Assembly (NCBI GenBank): GCA_044229265.1
Contig: JBGATK010000003.1
Span: 24,638-88,637, forward strand
Reading direction: 5' to 3'
DNA from: Minisyncoccia bacterium
GTDB lineage: Bacteria; Patescibacteriota; Minisyncoccia; Phycocordibacterales; UBA9973
DNA: 64,000 nucleotides
Shown here one piece after another: positions 15,744 to 26,044 of the stretch. The notes beneath the pieces were generated by a model that saw nothing but the letters and a program-made list of their open reading frames with translations, was not told the origin of the DNA and did no database searches. The translations under genes and the position numbers were made by a program. Each line of letters opens with the position of its first letter. The first letter of the stretch is position 1.

Positions 15744-16985
15744 ATGTATAATGTATATATTATAACAAGGGGTTTTTTTAAAAACAATACAAAAACAATG
15801 GAAGAAGAAAAGCTTAAAAATGATATAGCCTCAATACCTGTCCTAAAGCCAGTTTTTCCAATATTTATAAAACTTTTTTTGGCATTCTTTTTTCTTAGTC
15901 TTTTTACTATAGTCGCCAATTCTATACTAGTATTTTGGACATATACAAATGCAGACGTGGGTTTGACCGCCGAACAATCCACCAGCCTCTTTAATGCATT
16001 TAAAAGTAATTTTGTATTTGTAATACTTTTTGTAATCATTCCTGCAATTATACTTTCTATACAAATGTCAGAAGACATAGCTTCACCTATTCGTCTTATC
16101 ACAAAAAATATTAAAGAAATTGCTGTTGGAAATTTAAATATAAAACTTTTCTCCAAACGTAAGGACGAATTTGGAAATTTGATAAATATTTTTAACACCA
16201 TGACTCAAAAATTGCGCGAAGTAAAAGAGCGCAATGAAGAAATTTCTAAAATGAAATCAAACTTCATCACTGTAGCCTCCCACCAGCTTCGTACTCCAGC
16301 CTCTGGTGTGCGCTGGGGGCTCGATGCCTTACTTTCTGAGGGCAAGGGTCCGCTCAATCAAGATCAAAAAGAAATTCTTTACAAATGTATCGAACGCAAT
16401 AGCGAAACAATTAAAAATATCGACGACCTTTTAAATGCTTCACAAATAGAAGAAGACAATTTCCCTTATGATTTTCAAGACATGCACGTATCACCAGCTA
16501 TCGCTCAAGCTGTAAAAATTTTTGAAAATGAAGCTCGTATAAAAGAACGTAAAATTGTTTTTGAAAATAAATTAAATGGCACAGAGAAAATCTTTGCTGA
16601 CCCAGCACGCATGAGTATTGTTTTCAAAAACCTTATTGAAAATGCCATAGAATACAGTACCAAGAATACCGATGTAGAAGTTAGCGCTGAAATTGAAGGT
16701 GATTATATTTTAATACAAGTAGCCAACTACGGTATTGGTATCAAAAAAGAAGATCAGGATAAAATTTTTAATCAATTCTTCCGCGCTGACAATGCCCTAC
16801 TAGCCAAACCAAATGGCATAGGCCTCGGATTATATATTTGTAAAAATATTATCGAACGCCATAAAGGGCGAATCATAGGCACTACAAACAACAATGGTAA
16901 AACCGTATTCTCTGTTTACTTACCTATACCGAAAAATTTGATAACCGAAAAACCAAAAATCGAAGAATTTTTAGAAACTTTGTAA
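15744..16985 (+). CDS. Sensor histidine kinase (two transmembrane segments, HAMP, HisKA, HATPase_c)
   Basis: H-box ASHQLRTPASGV; G-boxes GIGIKKEDQDKIFNQFFR and GIGLGLYICKNIIERHKGRI. Confidence 0.85.
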   Translation: MYNVYIITRGFFKNNTKTMEEEKLKNDIASIPVLKPVFPIFIKLFLAFFFLSLFTIVANSILVFWTYTNADVGLTAEQSTSLFNAFKSNFVFVILFVIIPAIILSIQMSEDIASPIRLITKNIKEIAVGNLNIKLFSKRKDEFGNLINIFNTMTQKLREVKERNEEISKMKSNFITVASHQLRTPASGVRWGLDALLSEGKGPLNQDQKEILYKCIERNSETIKNIDDLLNASQIEEDNFPYDFQDMHVSPAIAQAVKIFENEARIKERKIVFENKLNGTEKIFADPARMSIVFKNLIENAIEYSTKNTDVEVSAEIEGDYILIQVANYGIGIKKEDQDKIFNQFFRADNALLAKPNGIGLGLYICKNIIERHKGRIIGTTNNNGKTVFSVYLPIPKNLITEKPKIEEFLETL

Positions 16986-17043
16986 TAAAAAATCCCGAAG
17001 TTAAATAAATAACTCCGGGAAATATAAAGCGTTTAACCCCGCT

Positions 17044-18027
17044 TTACTTGGGCTTATGTTTGATGGGTAATCTTGCGACTACTCCACCAAAAAAACTCAA
17101 ATCATGCTTGTAAAGTATTCCGAGCTGGGCTCGCAACTGGAGGCTTTGCCTACCAGAATTGAAATCCCAACCACTTTCTAAACCAGCTAAGAAACCACTA
17201 TGGTGCTCAGTGCCTTTAGAAAGACTGAAAGCATAGCCACCAAAAACCTCAGTGTATTTAATGGGTTTATAAGAAATACAAACATCCACTAAAGCACCTG
17301 ATTTGTTTTCTAGCTGTTGCACATAAGCACTACCATCTGATTCAGGAATAAAACTTTTATTCAAACCAAAGCTATACCTTGGCCGAACAAAGATTCCGAA
17401 ACCATGCCATTTATGTGGTTCAAGCACTAACCTTACACCAACTTCACCTGTATATAACCATTTTGAGTTAAATTCAGGGGAATTAGTTTGAGTTGCAAAC
17501 AAGCCACCATCTACTTGAAAAGAAAACGGACTTTCTACTTGGACCTCAACTTTTGGCGCATCACGAGGAGGCCCTAAACTTGGATCTCCTTTTTTAGGAG
17601 TGTCCGGTTTTTCTGCAGGCTTGTCAGTCTTAAATGTAATTTGCCCTGGACGTTTTTTAATTTCGTCTTCGGCAATTCCCATCCTGCCTTTTAAGTTATT
17701 GACATCACTTTTTATGTTAATGATTTCAACATCTTGATTGGCGTCGCTTTTTTGCAAAGCCGAAATTTTAATGTTCTGCTTTGCGTCGCTAGCCTTCAGA
17801 TTTTTTATGTCGACTTGCATGCGTTTAACTGACGGATGACTTTCAGATAAGGGTAAATTTTTGCAGACACACGTAAACGTGCCATCTGCTCTTTTGCCCT
17901 CTCTGTAATTATCTGAGGGACACTTGTCCCATTTTCCGTTGGTGCAAGATCTTACGAACTCGTCACCTAAAGGACATTGGGCATTCAGGCCTGTGAAAAC
18001 AAAAACAAATAAAACTATTAGTCTCAT
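17044..18027 (-). CDS. Secreted protein: Cys-rich N-terminal region and beta-strand-rich C-terminal domain (possible outer-membrane beta-barrel)
   Basis: Signal peptide ...TGLNAQ and an alternating hydrophobic pattern at the C-terminus. Confidence 0.5.
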   Translation of the reverse strand: MRLIVLFVFVFTGLNAQCPLGDEFVRSCTNGKWDKCPSDNYREGKRADGTFTCVCKNLPLSESHPSVKRMQVDIKNLKASDAKQNIKISALQKSDANQDVEIINIKSDVNNLKGRMGIAEDEIKKRPGQITFKTDKPAEKPDTPKKGDPSLGPPRDAPKVEVQVESPFSFQVDGGLFATQTNSPEFNSKWLYTGEVGVRLVLEPHKWHGFGIFVRPRYSFGLNKSFIPESDGSAYVQQLENKSGALVDVCISYKPIKYTEVFGGYAFSLSKGTEHHSGFLAGLESGWDFNSGRQSLQLRAQLGILYKHDLSFFGGVVARLPIKHKPK

Positions 18028-18057
18028 CTAATAAAATTTAATGGTTAAAAAAATAAA

Positions 18058-20487
18058 TTACAATGAGACGCTACTGTCCTTTAGGGGTGTAACGCCTTGA
18101 CCAAAATACATCATTGCTATAACTGTGCCTTTTGCAGACAAGGGTATATCAATAATGTTGTTTAATCTCATATCAACTTTTTGTATTTGATACAAAATGT
18201 GACCACTCACATCATAAATTACAAGGTGTCCAAACGGACTACCTCCATAACCAACGATATGGCTTTGATCTACCAAGCCGCACCTTACTGTCAAAATTCC
18301 AGGAGTATTACTTGAAGCTTTAAAGTAAGCGATGCCCCTTTCGAGAGTATCTTTACAACCATTTGCGTCAGTAATTGTTAAAACGTAATTACCGCCACTC
18401 AAGTTATAAATATCAGAACTTGTTTCCCCTGTATTCCATTCCCAATTATACGGGAGTTTACCTCCAGTAGCTGAGGTTTCAATAAAACCTTTACCACCAG
18501 GAGCTGGAACGTGAGAGAACTTGTCGATCTTACCTCTAACTTTTTCAGAAGTGACTAACTTTTGTTTTACCATAGAATCAGATCCATAATGGGTTTTTAA
18601 ATTCTTAATCAAAATGATTTCAGAATTTTTCAAACCGCAATTGGTCGAATCCTCAGGGATCCAATAAATCTCCGCTTTATCGTAAATCCATTTGCGATTT
18701 ACCACAGAATCACAATTATACTGATTAACAAATGTTTTAGAAACAAAAATAATTGTATCTATATTTTGATTAATCAAAATCGTGTCTTTTAAATCAGTGG
18801 TAGTTTTTGCATCCCGTAAACGCAAAGTAACTATTGATTTGATACAACCATAATTAAAATAAGTTGTGTCAAAATAAGTACCCTGCTTTATAGAATCAGC
18901 GTCGCAACTGTATCTAAATACAGTACTGCGAACAATCGCTGGTGGAGCCAGTGAATCAACCAAAATGGTCAATGAATCGCAACCCAAATGGTTTTTAATT
19001 ATTTGTTTGCTTTGTTTAGAGATTTTAAGCCCACAAACATACAAACTCTGGCGAATAGTGTCTGTTTTCAAAACATTTAAAGTAACGAAAACTACACTGT
19101 CACAAACACCATCTTTGGTTTTGAGATTCATGTAATAAGAATTTTTTAAACTTTTATAACACGTGTCTTTTATTACAAAAACAGTGTCTAAAGGTTTTAC
19201 TGAAAAACTTACTACCTTCATAGATGTGCATCCAAACTTATTTAAAAAATAAGTTGTGTCAGGATTTCTTGGTTTGCACCAAGATTCTGTTAAACGAACA
19301 GTATCTTTTGGCAACACACGAAAGTGCGTCACGTAGTAAATACTATCGTCAGCACACATCAAACTTTTTAAAGTATCAATGTGGTCGGGTGAAGCGATAC
19401 AAGTATCTCGAGTCGGTAAATATCTAGTCCTAGGACCTTCGTATAACCAACTTGTTGTGTGTGTACTGTCGCATCCATGGACGTTCTGTCCTTTAAAAAC
19501 TTCCACACTGTCCTTGTATAAAACACAAGAAGTTGTAAAAGTTTCGAGAACAAAATCTCCGTTTGGTGAATAAGTTACTTTTTTGTAAGTTAATACAGAA
19601 TCACAACCATAAATGCTTGTATCTTTTTTAACAAAAAAAGTTCCAGTCTTCGAAATGTCGCAAGTAGTTTCGTAAATGTAAAATACTTTTTTAGAAGTAA
19701 AATTGTATTTTACAATTGTGAAGCTATCAGTGTTCGTTCCCCAAGCTTTACCGCTTTTCACCGTATCAAGCTTAATACTTTTAAGTGAATCGCAGGTGTT
19801 TTTTTGCAAGATATTCTTACTGAAGATTGAATCACAATGATTCGATATCAGAACTGATTCAACATCAGTGCAGAAGTTTGCATCCGAAACCTGAATAGTA
19901 TAAGTTTCTGATTTCAAATTAGTAAACTTTCCAGTGTTATTTTTTTCACCAGTATTCATTAATTTAAATTCATAAGGACCTACACCACTCTGTGCGCTTG
20001 CCTGAATTGATCCTTTACCATCGTTACAATGTTCAGGATACTTTACAATCGACAAAACTGGCGAAGATGAAGTTTTTACCTCAGCTGCAAACAACGTGTA
20101 GTTATTTGGAACTGGTTTGTTTGAATCATCAACAATCACTTCATAACCATCGGCCCTTAGGTCATCAAGCTGCACTCTGCTGTAGTAAATCCATTGATCA
20201 AATAATTTTTTATTATCCGAGTTTCTGAATATTACTACATGATAAGGCATTTGACCGTAATAAATATTGGTAATTAATTTACCATTATCTAAACCGCAAC
20301 CAGTGTTCCATGTTTCCACTGAACACTGAAAATCAGACAAAATTGAAAAAGCGAAATCTCGCATCCCATTCTCCAATTTTGAAGAAATGTGAATTAGATT
20401 ATCTGGTTTTTCTAATTGAAGCATTTGAGCGCTCAACTGAAGCCCTGTAAGGGCCAGGATCATCAGAAAAAAACATTTTTTAAGCAT
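18058..20487 (-). CDS. Large secreted protein with SprB-like repeats and a T9SS-type C-terminal sorting-domain-like tail
   Basis: Signal peptide ...LQLSAQ. Repeats of the form CxDGxG...GG..PY...W...L.aGnY.v.vtDanGC. C-terminal ...[10 protein letters not shown]...[17 protein letters not shown]. Confidence 0.55.
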   Translation of the reverse strand: MLKKCFFLMILALTGLQLSAQMLQLEKPDNLIHISSKLENGMRDFAFSILSDFQCSVETWNTGCGLDNGKLITNIYYGQMPYHVVIFRNSDNKKLFDQWIYYSRVQLDDLRADGYEVIVDDSNKPVPNNYTLFAAEVKTSSSPVLSIVKYPEHCNDGKGSIQASAQSGVGPYEFKLMNTGEKNNTGKFTNLKSETYTIQVSDANFCTDVESVLISNHCDSIFSKNILQKNTCDSLKSIKLDTVKSGKAWGTNTDSFTIVKYNFTSKKVFYIYETTCDISKTGTFFVKKDTSIYGCDSVLTYKKVTYSPNGDFVLETFTTSCVLYKDSVEVFKGQNVHGCDSTHTTSWLYEGPRTRYLPTRDTCIASPDHIDTLKSLMCADDSIYYVTHFRVLPKDTVRLTESWCKPRNPDTTYFLNKFGCTSMKVVSFSVKPLDTVFVIKDTCYKSLKNSYYMNLKTKDGVCDSVVFVTLNVLKTDTIRQSLYVCGLKISKQSKQIIKNHLGCDSLTILVDSLAPPAIVRSTVFRYSCDADSIKQGTYFDTTYFNYGCIKSIVTLRLRDAKTTTDLKDTILINQNIDTIIFVSKTFVNQYNCDSVVNRKWIYDKAEIYWIPEDSTNCGLKNSEIILIKNLKTHYGSDSMVKQKLVTSEKVRGKIDKFSHVPAPGGKGFIETSATGGKLPYNWEWNTGETSSDIYNLSGGNYVLTITDANGCKDTLERGIAYFKASSNTPGILTVRCGLVDQSHIVGYGGSPFGHLVIYDVSGHILYQIQKVDMRLNNIIDIPLSAKGTVIAMMYFGQGVTPLKDSSVSL

Positions 20488-20748
20488 GATATATGAATTT
20501 AATTTGTTTAAATTGTTTTACAAAATAACAGTATTATCACCCCGAAGTTTAGCACATTTTGGGCATTTTGTCAAGTAAAATAAAGGCAAACCCCCACACC
20601 TATTTGCTTGGTGTTTTTATGGTTAATAAATGCTTTCTTTAAGTAAATAGGTGTAGGGGCAAATTAAAAAGCCGGTCCTCCCTGTAAGAACCGGCTAAAC
20701 AAATGCTACCGAGAGGTAGCGAACACTATGAGAACACCCTAAATTTTT

Positions 20749-21396
20749 CTATGGAAGCCCTAAGGCTTCAATTTTTATGGATCCATCAGCCATAAAGAAA
20801 GTCCCTCGAACTACTTGCCCTTTTTTTATCGGACTATCTTTTGTTTTTTTAATCGTAATGGTTTTAAAACCATTCTGATCCAATGCATTTTCAGTCTCTA
20901 TTTCAGGGCCTCCAATGACATCAAAATATGCTCCTTCTCTTGGGTTAGGGCTAGAACGAAACTTTATAGTCCATTCTGTTCCGCAGGAATTTATTGAATA
21001 ATATTTTCCTAAAACCAAAACCTGATCTGGTATCCCTTTTTGTTTTGATTTGTAATCTTCATAAAAATGGATTCTATCTCCAGAGAGCCAATCTCTTTTT
21101 TCATAAAGATCTAAAACAAGACACTTATTCACTGTGTCTTGAAGAAAAAGGTACTGACGCTTTTCGGACATATAACCAATATCCTCGAATAGATAAACCT
21201 CATTTAAGAAATTTATCGGTGCACAGATTCTGTAAATTTGGTAATCTTTTGTTCCGATAGTTTCGAAAAAAGAAGTATCTTTAAAAAACATTTCGCAAAC
21301 CGGTTCTGGTTCTAATGGAGTGATATTATTATCCTGGTTGCAAGATAATAAAGTAAAGAGAAAAATAGTAGACAAGAAAAAATATAATCTTTTCAT
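20749..21396 (-). CDS. Lipoprotein (215 aa)
   Basis: Signal peptide with the lipobox LLSC. Confidence 0.55.
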   Translation of the reverse strand: MKRLYFFLSTIFLFTLLSCNQDNNITPLEPEPVCEMFFKDTSFFETIGTKDYQIYRICAPINFLNEVYLFEDIGYMSEKRQYLFLQDTVNKCLVLDLYEKRDWLSGDRIHFYEDYKSKQKGIPDQVLVLGKYYSINSCGTEWTIKFRSSPNPREGAYFDVIGGPEIETENALDQNGFKTITIKKTKDSPIKKGQVVRGTFFMADGSIKIEALGLP

Positions 21397-21670
21397 TGAA
21401 AAAAATTTAAAAGGTTAGAAATGAACTTGGGAGAATTCCCTATCACTTAAAATTATTGCATATTTAAAGATAAAAGTCAATGGCTTGTGGAAAACCGCGC
21501 CTTTGGCCGGGGAAACACAAAACCCCCTTGCGGGGGCTTTGTGGGCACTTATGTTGTTTCGAATAATGTAAGGCTAATGCCTCACACTCACACAAAGAGT
21601 ATAGCACATCTGAAATAAAAAAGCAAATTTATAAAAGAAAAATCCCCTTTCGGGGATTTTTCGTGTTTTA

Positions 21671-21976
21671 TTTTGTGGCTATAAGCCGAATTCTGTTTTC
21701 GTTTTTAAGCGAATATGGCAATTTGTCTAGGCCTAAAATTACTCTTAGGCTCAAGCGATTCTTCCTGCTTCGCCAAGGCTACGCAGGACACGATCTTGCA
21801 CACGCGTAAGGATTTTGCCGTTTCACTCCCACTAAAGGGATTCGTCACTGTTCGCACCTCGTGGATTGCTCCAGATGGGAATTACCCATTACGTTTAATC
21901 CCTCGACTAAGCTCGGGACTATGTGTTCGGACTTTCCTAATCCCACCGAAGTGAGACTTAGCCATACACCACAAAA
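21671..21976 (-). ncRNA. rnpB: RNase P RNA, bacterial type, reduced size (about 306 nt)
   Basis: Minus strand reads ...AGGAAAGUCCGAACACAUAG... (CR-I), ...GGAGUGAAACGGC..., and ...ACAGAAUUCGGCUUAUAGCC (CR-V). P4 shows compensatory CCGAA/UUCGG in place of the E. coli CCGGG/CCCGG. P1 is UUUUGUGG/CCACAAAA. Terminator follows at 21640..21663. Confidence 0.78.
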
Positions 21977-22003
21977 CTTTTTTAGTTTAACATATAAAAA
22001 TAT

Positions 22004-22507
22004 TTATTCAAATGTAAATACTATACCATCACCTATTTTGAGTTTATGTTTATCGGAAAATCCAGATACTACTTCAAGGACAAATTTTGTATTTTCTGCT
22101 ATACCAAAAGTCTCAGGATAACTCTCAGGCCTAGCATCACGTTTAATATAAATTATTTTTCCATATTCATCGAGCCAAATCATATCTATAGCGAATTTCA
22201 TATCTTTCATCCAGAAAAAATATTTATCTGGTTTTGCAAAGACAAAAAGCATACCCTCATCTTCCTTTAAATTTTCCCTTCCTGAAAGTCCACGAGCTTG
22301 AGTTTCTGGATCTATAGCTAGTTCTACTCGAACGCGAGTATCACCAAAATACACATAATTTACCTGATTAAAATTAAAATCATTCGCAGTTTTTTCTTTG
22401 GCATTCCCCCATGTAAAATTCTCTCGCATTGTTAGGAAAATAATCATACCGAAAAATAAAAAAACTACTAGGAAAGAAAAGAAATTTTTTACTTTTTGTA
22501 TATTCAT
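22004..22507 (-). CDS. DUF192 domain protein
   Basis: N-terminal transmembrane/signal segment plus a GLSGRENL...GMLFVF...FWMKDMKFAIDMIWLD pattern. Confidence 0.6.
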   Translation of the reverse strand: MNIQKVKNFFSFLVVFLFFGMIIFLTMRENFTWGNAKEKTANDFNFNQVNYVYFGDTRVRVELAIDPETQARGLSGRENLKEDEGMLFVFAKPDKYFFWMKDMKFAIDMIWLDEYGKIIYIKRDARPESYPETFGIAENTKFVLEVVSGFSDKHKLKIGDGIVFTFE

Positions 22508-22510
22508 AAT

Positions 22511-23917
22511 TTATTTATGATCACCATTAGTCCAACCAAATTGTCTACCAATAGCTTCTGGAGTTTCTCTTTTGCGAATTATTTTTATACTACCATCTTG
22601 TAACATAATTTTCATCGGAGCTGCTAGCAAGCAATGCTTCGAAGCAAGAGCGTCTTGATAAGCACCAGTGTCCAGTATAGCTATATACTGATCACGATCT
22701 TCATTTAAGCGTGGCATCAATATATAATTTCCGCCGGCAGTGTATTTATCATCACTATCACAAGTAGAACCTGCGAGCCATACGGTTTTTAAATTTTCAA
22801 ACATATTATTCGCTGGTATAGTATGCCATTTTTGATGTATAGCCCAAGTATCTTTTAAGTCATTCATAAAAGAACCATCTACTACATACCAAGCTTTTGC
22901 ATTTGCTTTTGGAATATTTTTTTGTGAAATAGTTTTATAAATAGTTATTTGCGCAGGCGCTACTATGTATTGCCCCCATTCTACTGCTAGGTTCGGGTGT
23001 TTTATGCCGGCTTTATCTGCCATATTTTTTAGTTGCTTTACAATAGAACTAGTAACCCGCTTAGCGGTATAAAACTTTTTCTTTTCATAAGGAATACCGA
23101 AACCACCACCCATATCTATAGTATCTAAATTAGTATGCTTTTTTTGTAATTCTGCATAAATATTGAAAGCTCTTTTAAGTCCATCTAAAATACTTTTTTG
23201 AGTTTTAATTTGACTACCCATATGATAGTGCAAGATTTTCAAATTCTTCATTTTATCTAAATCAAGAACATCTTTTTCAGAAAGTCCAAAACGGTCGAAT
23301 TTTTTATCCCAGTGAGTATCAGCTTTGATATCAAGGTCTACGCGCACACCCACATCGCCTTTGTATTTTTTCAGGCGTTCAATTTCTTCAGGCCCTTCTA
23401 TGATAGGCACTATGTTCATACCTTTTGTGCGGAGTTCTTCGATAAGGTCTAAGTATTGATCAGTCTTTGGACCATTACAAAAAACCCGGAGTTTATTCGA
23501 GAATTTCTCACCTTCCCAAAATTTCTTTACAATCCAAAGTTCATTTGCAGAAGTAGTTTCTAAATTCGCGCCTTCAGAAAGCAGGGGTAAAATAAATTCT
23601 TTATTTTGATTTACTTTCATCGGATAATGATAACCAAATTTACCTTTATAGCCGTAAATTTTCATATAAGCTTGAAAATAGCCAAGCAAATCTTTTAATC
23701 TGTCTTCAATAACAAAAGGAAAAACCACTTGCAGTGGTGTGCCGTATTTTTGAGCTAAATCTGCTAAATTATAAGAATGGTTTCCTTCAGTAACAGTTAT
23801 TTCACCGTCTTTAGAAATACCATAAAACTGAGTGTTGAACTCATCAGCACCTAGTTTCCAAAATTTCTTCCAATTTTTTGTTTGTTTTTTAGTTTTTTTA
23901 ATCATTTCTTTATCCAT
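22511..23917 (-). CDS. PLP-dependent decarboxylase, Orn/DAP/Arg decarboxylase family (possibly arginine decarboxylase)
   Basis: Family-level resemblance across the N-terminal alanine-racemase-like barrel and the C-terminal region. Confidence 0.6.
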   Translation of the reverse strand: MDKEMIKKTKKQTKNWKKFWKLGADEFNTQFYGISKDGEITVTEGNHSYNLADLAQKYGTPLQVVFPFVIEDRLKDLLGYFQAYMKIYGYKGKFGYHYPMKVNQNKEFILPLLSEGANLETTSANELWIVKKFWEGEKFSNKLRVFCNGPKTDQYLDLIEELRTKGMNIVPIIEGPEEIERLKKYKGDVGVRVDLDIKADTHWDKKFDRFGLSEKDVLDLDKMKNLKILHYHMGSQIKTQKSILDGLKRAFNIYAELQKKHTNLDTIDMGGGFGIPYEKKKFYTAKRVTSSIVKQLKNMADKAGIKHPNLAVEWGQYIVAPAQITIYKTISQKNIPKANAKAWYVVDGSFMNDLKDTWAIHQKWHTIPANNMFENLKTVWLAGSTCDSDDKYTAGGNYILMPRLNEDRDQYIAILDTGAYQDALASKHCLLAAPMKIMLQDGSIKIIRKRETPEAIGRQFGWTNGDHK

Positions 23918-23948
23918 GTATTATATCAGAAAATAGCATAAAAGTCAA

Positions 23949-25259
23949 CTACTCACTCCTATTTATTTTATATTTCTGTAAAAATTCTTCTTTGAATTCA
24001 TGAAAATTACCGTCCAAAATTGACTGCCGAATTTTATCCACTAAGTTTACAATAAAATACATATTATGCAAAGAAGCGAGCGTACCTCCAAGCATTTCTT
24101 TACCATGAAAGAGGTGTGCAATGTAAGCTTTGGTATAATTTTTACAGGTATAACATTCGCAACCTTCATCTATAGCTGTAAAGTCGTTTCGAAATTTTGT
24201 ATTAGTAATACTTATTTTTCCATTACTTGTATACAGTGTGCCATTGCGCCCTAATCTGGTAGGTAAAACACAATCAAATAAATCTACACCATTTTCAATA
24301 CCCATAAATAAATCCTCGGGCTCACCAATACCGAGCAAGTGCCTAGGCTTTTCTTCTGGCAAAATTTCATTTACCCATTTTACAGCTGTCGACATATCTT
24401 CTTTTGCAAAAGACCCGCCAATACCAAAGCCATCAAAATATTTTCCATCGATATTCATATCTGCAATAATTTGTGCAGATTTTTTACGTAAAATTTCTTC
24501 CCTGCCTCCTTGCACAATACCAAAGAGAGCCTGAGGAAAAAGCTGATGCTTGAAGGAGTCTTTGCTACTAACAGAATGATCTTGCCCTTCCAGAACAGAA
24601 TGCGAACGACGAAAAGCATCAGCTTTTTCCTGCTCCAATTTAATATGTTCTTCTAAACTCCGCTTTGCCCAAGCATGAGTGCGCTCGAGAGCTTCTTCTT
24701 GATATTTAAAATCTTCAGCAGGACTAGTGCATTCATCAAAAGCAAAAATAATATCCGCACCTAAATTATGCTGAATTTCTATCGAGTGTTCTGGAGTAAT
24801 GTAATGCATACTGCCATCTAAATGTGATTTAAAAGAAACACCATCATTACCTATTTTAGCTAATCTAGGTGCATCCGAGTCATCAAAACGCTCTGGAATC
24901 ATAAGTGAAGGGTCGGTGATTTTTATAACTTTTGAAATATCTTTTCCATAAGCTGCGCCAAGAGAGAATACTTGAAAACCTCCAGAATCTGTCATAGTGG
25001 GGCCTTGCCAATTCATAAATTTCCCAATTCCACCTGCGTCACGTACGACCTCATCGCCAGGTTGTAAATATAAATGATAAGTATTACCGAGTACCACTTG
25101 AGTGCCAGCCTCTTTGATTTGCCTTGGTTCTAATGATTTTACTGTAGCTTTAGTGCCGACAGCAACAAAAGCAGGAGTAAGTATTTCTCCATGTGGTGTA
25201 GTTAAAACCCCTGCCCTACCTAAACTATTTGCTAACTTTTTAGCTATTTTAAAATTCAT
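23949..25259 (-). CDS. tgt: Queuine tRNA-ribosyltransferase
   Basis: N-terminal ...LTTPHGEILTPAFVAVGTKATVK..., plus the zinc site CECYTCKNYT...H. Confidence 0.85.
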   Translation of the reverse strand: MNFKIAKKLANSLGRAGVLTTPHGEILTPAFVAVGTKATVKSLEPRQIKEAGTQVVLGNTYHLYLQPGDEVVRDAGGIGKFMNWQGPTMTDSGGFQVFSLGAAYGKDISKVIKITDPSLMIPERFDDSDAPRLAKIGNDGVSFKSHLDGSMHYITPEHSIEIQHNLGADIIFAFDECTSPAEDFKYQEEALERTHAWAKRSLEEHIKLEQEKADAFRRSHSVLEGQDHSVSSKDSFKHQLFPQALFGIVQGGREEILRKKSAQIIADMNIDGKYFDGFGIGGSFAKEDMSTAVKWVNEILPEEKPRHLLGIGEPEDLFMGIENGVDLFDCVLPTRLGRNGTLYTSNGKISITNTKFRNDFTAIDEGCECYTCKNYTKAYIAHLFHGKEMLGGTLASLHNMYFIVNLVDKIRQSILDGNFHEFKEEFLQKYKINRSE

Positions 25260-26044
25260 TATTTTTCAACTTCCACAAAACGCAATTCAAAAATATTTAC
25301 TGGACTTTTAAGAAGTGCTTTTTTAAACGAATCCCTAGGGTCAGAAATAATACCTGAAACAGTAGCCAAGGTTTGCACGGTTCCTGGTAAATAAATAACT
25401 TCGCCTACAGATATATCAAAATCTCTAGGTAAAATCATCTCAAAATTACCATTACCTCGGCCAGAAGCAGAAAGAGTAGTGCCCGAAGAAGAAACAATTA
25501 CATCGACTTTTTCACGACTAGTGGAATATAAAATAATTTTTGAAGTATTATCATAAACCTCGCCTACATAACCTAGTGGCACATAGCCATATGCGTAAAC
25601 TTTTTGTCCAACTTTTACTCCCGTATTTTCCCCAACATCGAGAATCAAAGTATCATAAAGTGAACGGTTTGGTTTTACTAAAATATTACCCAAAATAAAA
25701 TTACGATTACCTTTACGTTCAAAAATTTCTTTTAATTCTTTATTCTCATTTTCTAAAATTTGATAATTAGAAAGACGCGCTGAAAGCTCCATATTCTCTA
25801 ATTTCAATTTCTCATTTTCAGAATTTATACTTTTTTTAGACTCAAAATAAGTTCCCCAAGAAGAAAACCTAGCTGATATATTTTGCCCGAAAGTAAAAAA
25901 TGGTTTAGATAAAAACAAACTAGAACCGGAAAAACTACTATACATCATGGCGCTTCCAAAAATAAAAATAAATAAAAAAATTGCCACTAAAATAAAAGTG
26001 ACTACTTTTTTATTACTCTTTTTTTTATCTTGGCGGTAATTCAT
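25259..26044 (-). CDS. mreC: Rod shape-determining protein MreC
   Basis: Immediately follows mreB. N-terminal transmembrane segment, coiled-coil, beta-rich C-terminal domain. Confidence 0.7.
   Translation of the reverse strand: MNYRQDKKKSNKKVVTFILVAIFLFIFIFGSAMMYSSFSGSSLFLSKPFFTFGQNISARFSSWGTYFESKKSINSENEKLKLENMELSARLSNYQILENENKELKEIFERKGNRNFILGNILVKPNRSLYDTLILDVGENTGVKVGQKVYAYGYVPLGYVGEVYDNTSKIILYSTSREKVDVIVSSSGTTLSASGRGNGNFEMILPRDFDISVGEVIYLPGTVQTLATVSGIISDPRDSFKKALLKSPVNIFELRFVEVEK

Noticed and set aside
21715-22121. ORFs 21715-21954 and 21861-22121
   Set aside because: They overlap the RNase P RNA gene on the opposite strand. The GC-rich structured RNA generates spurious ORFs.
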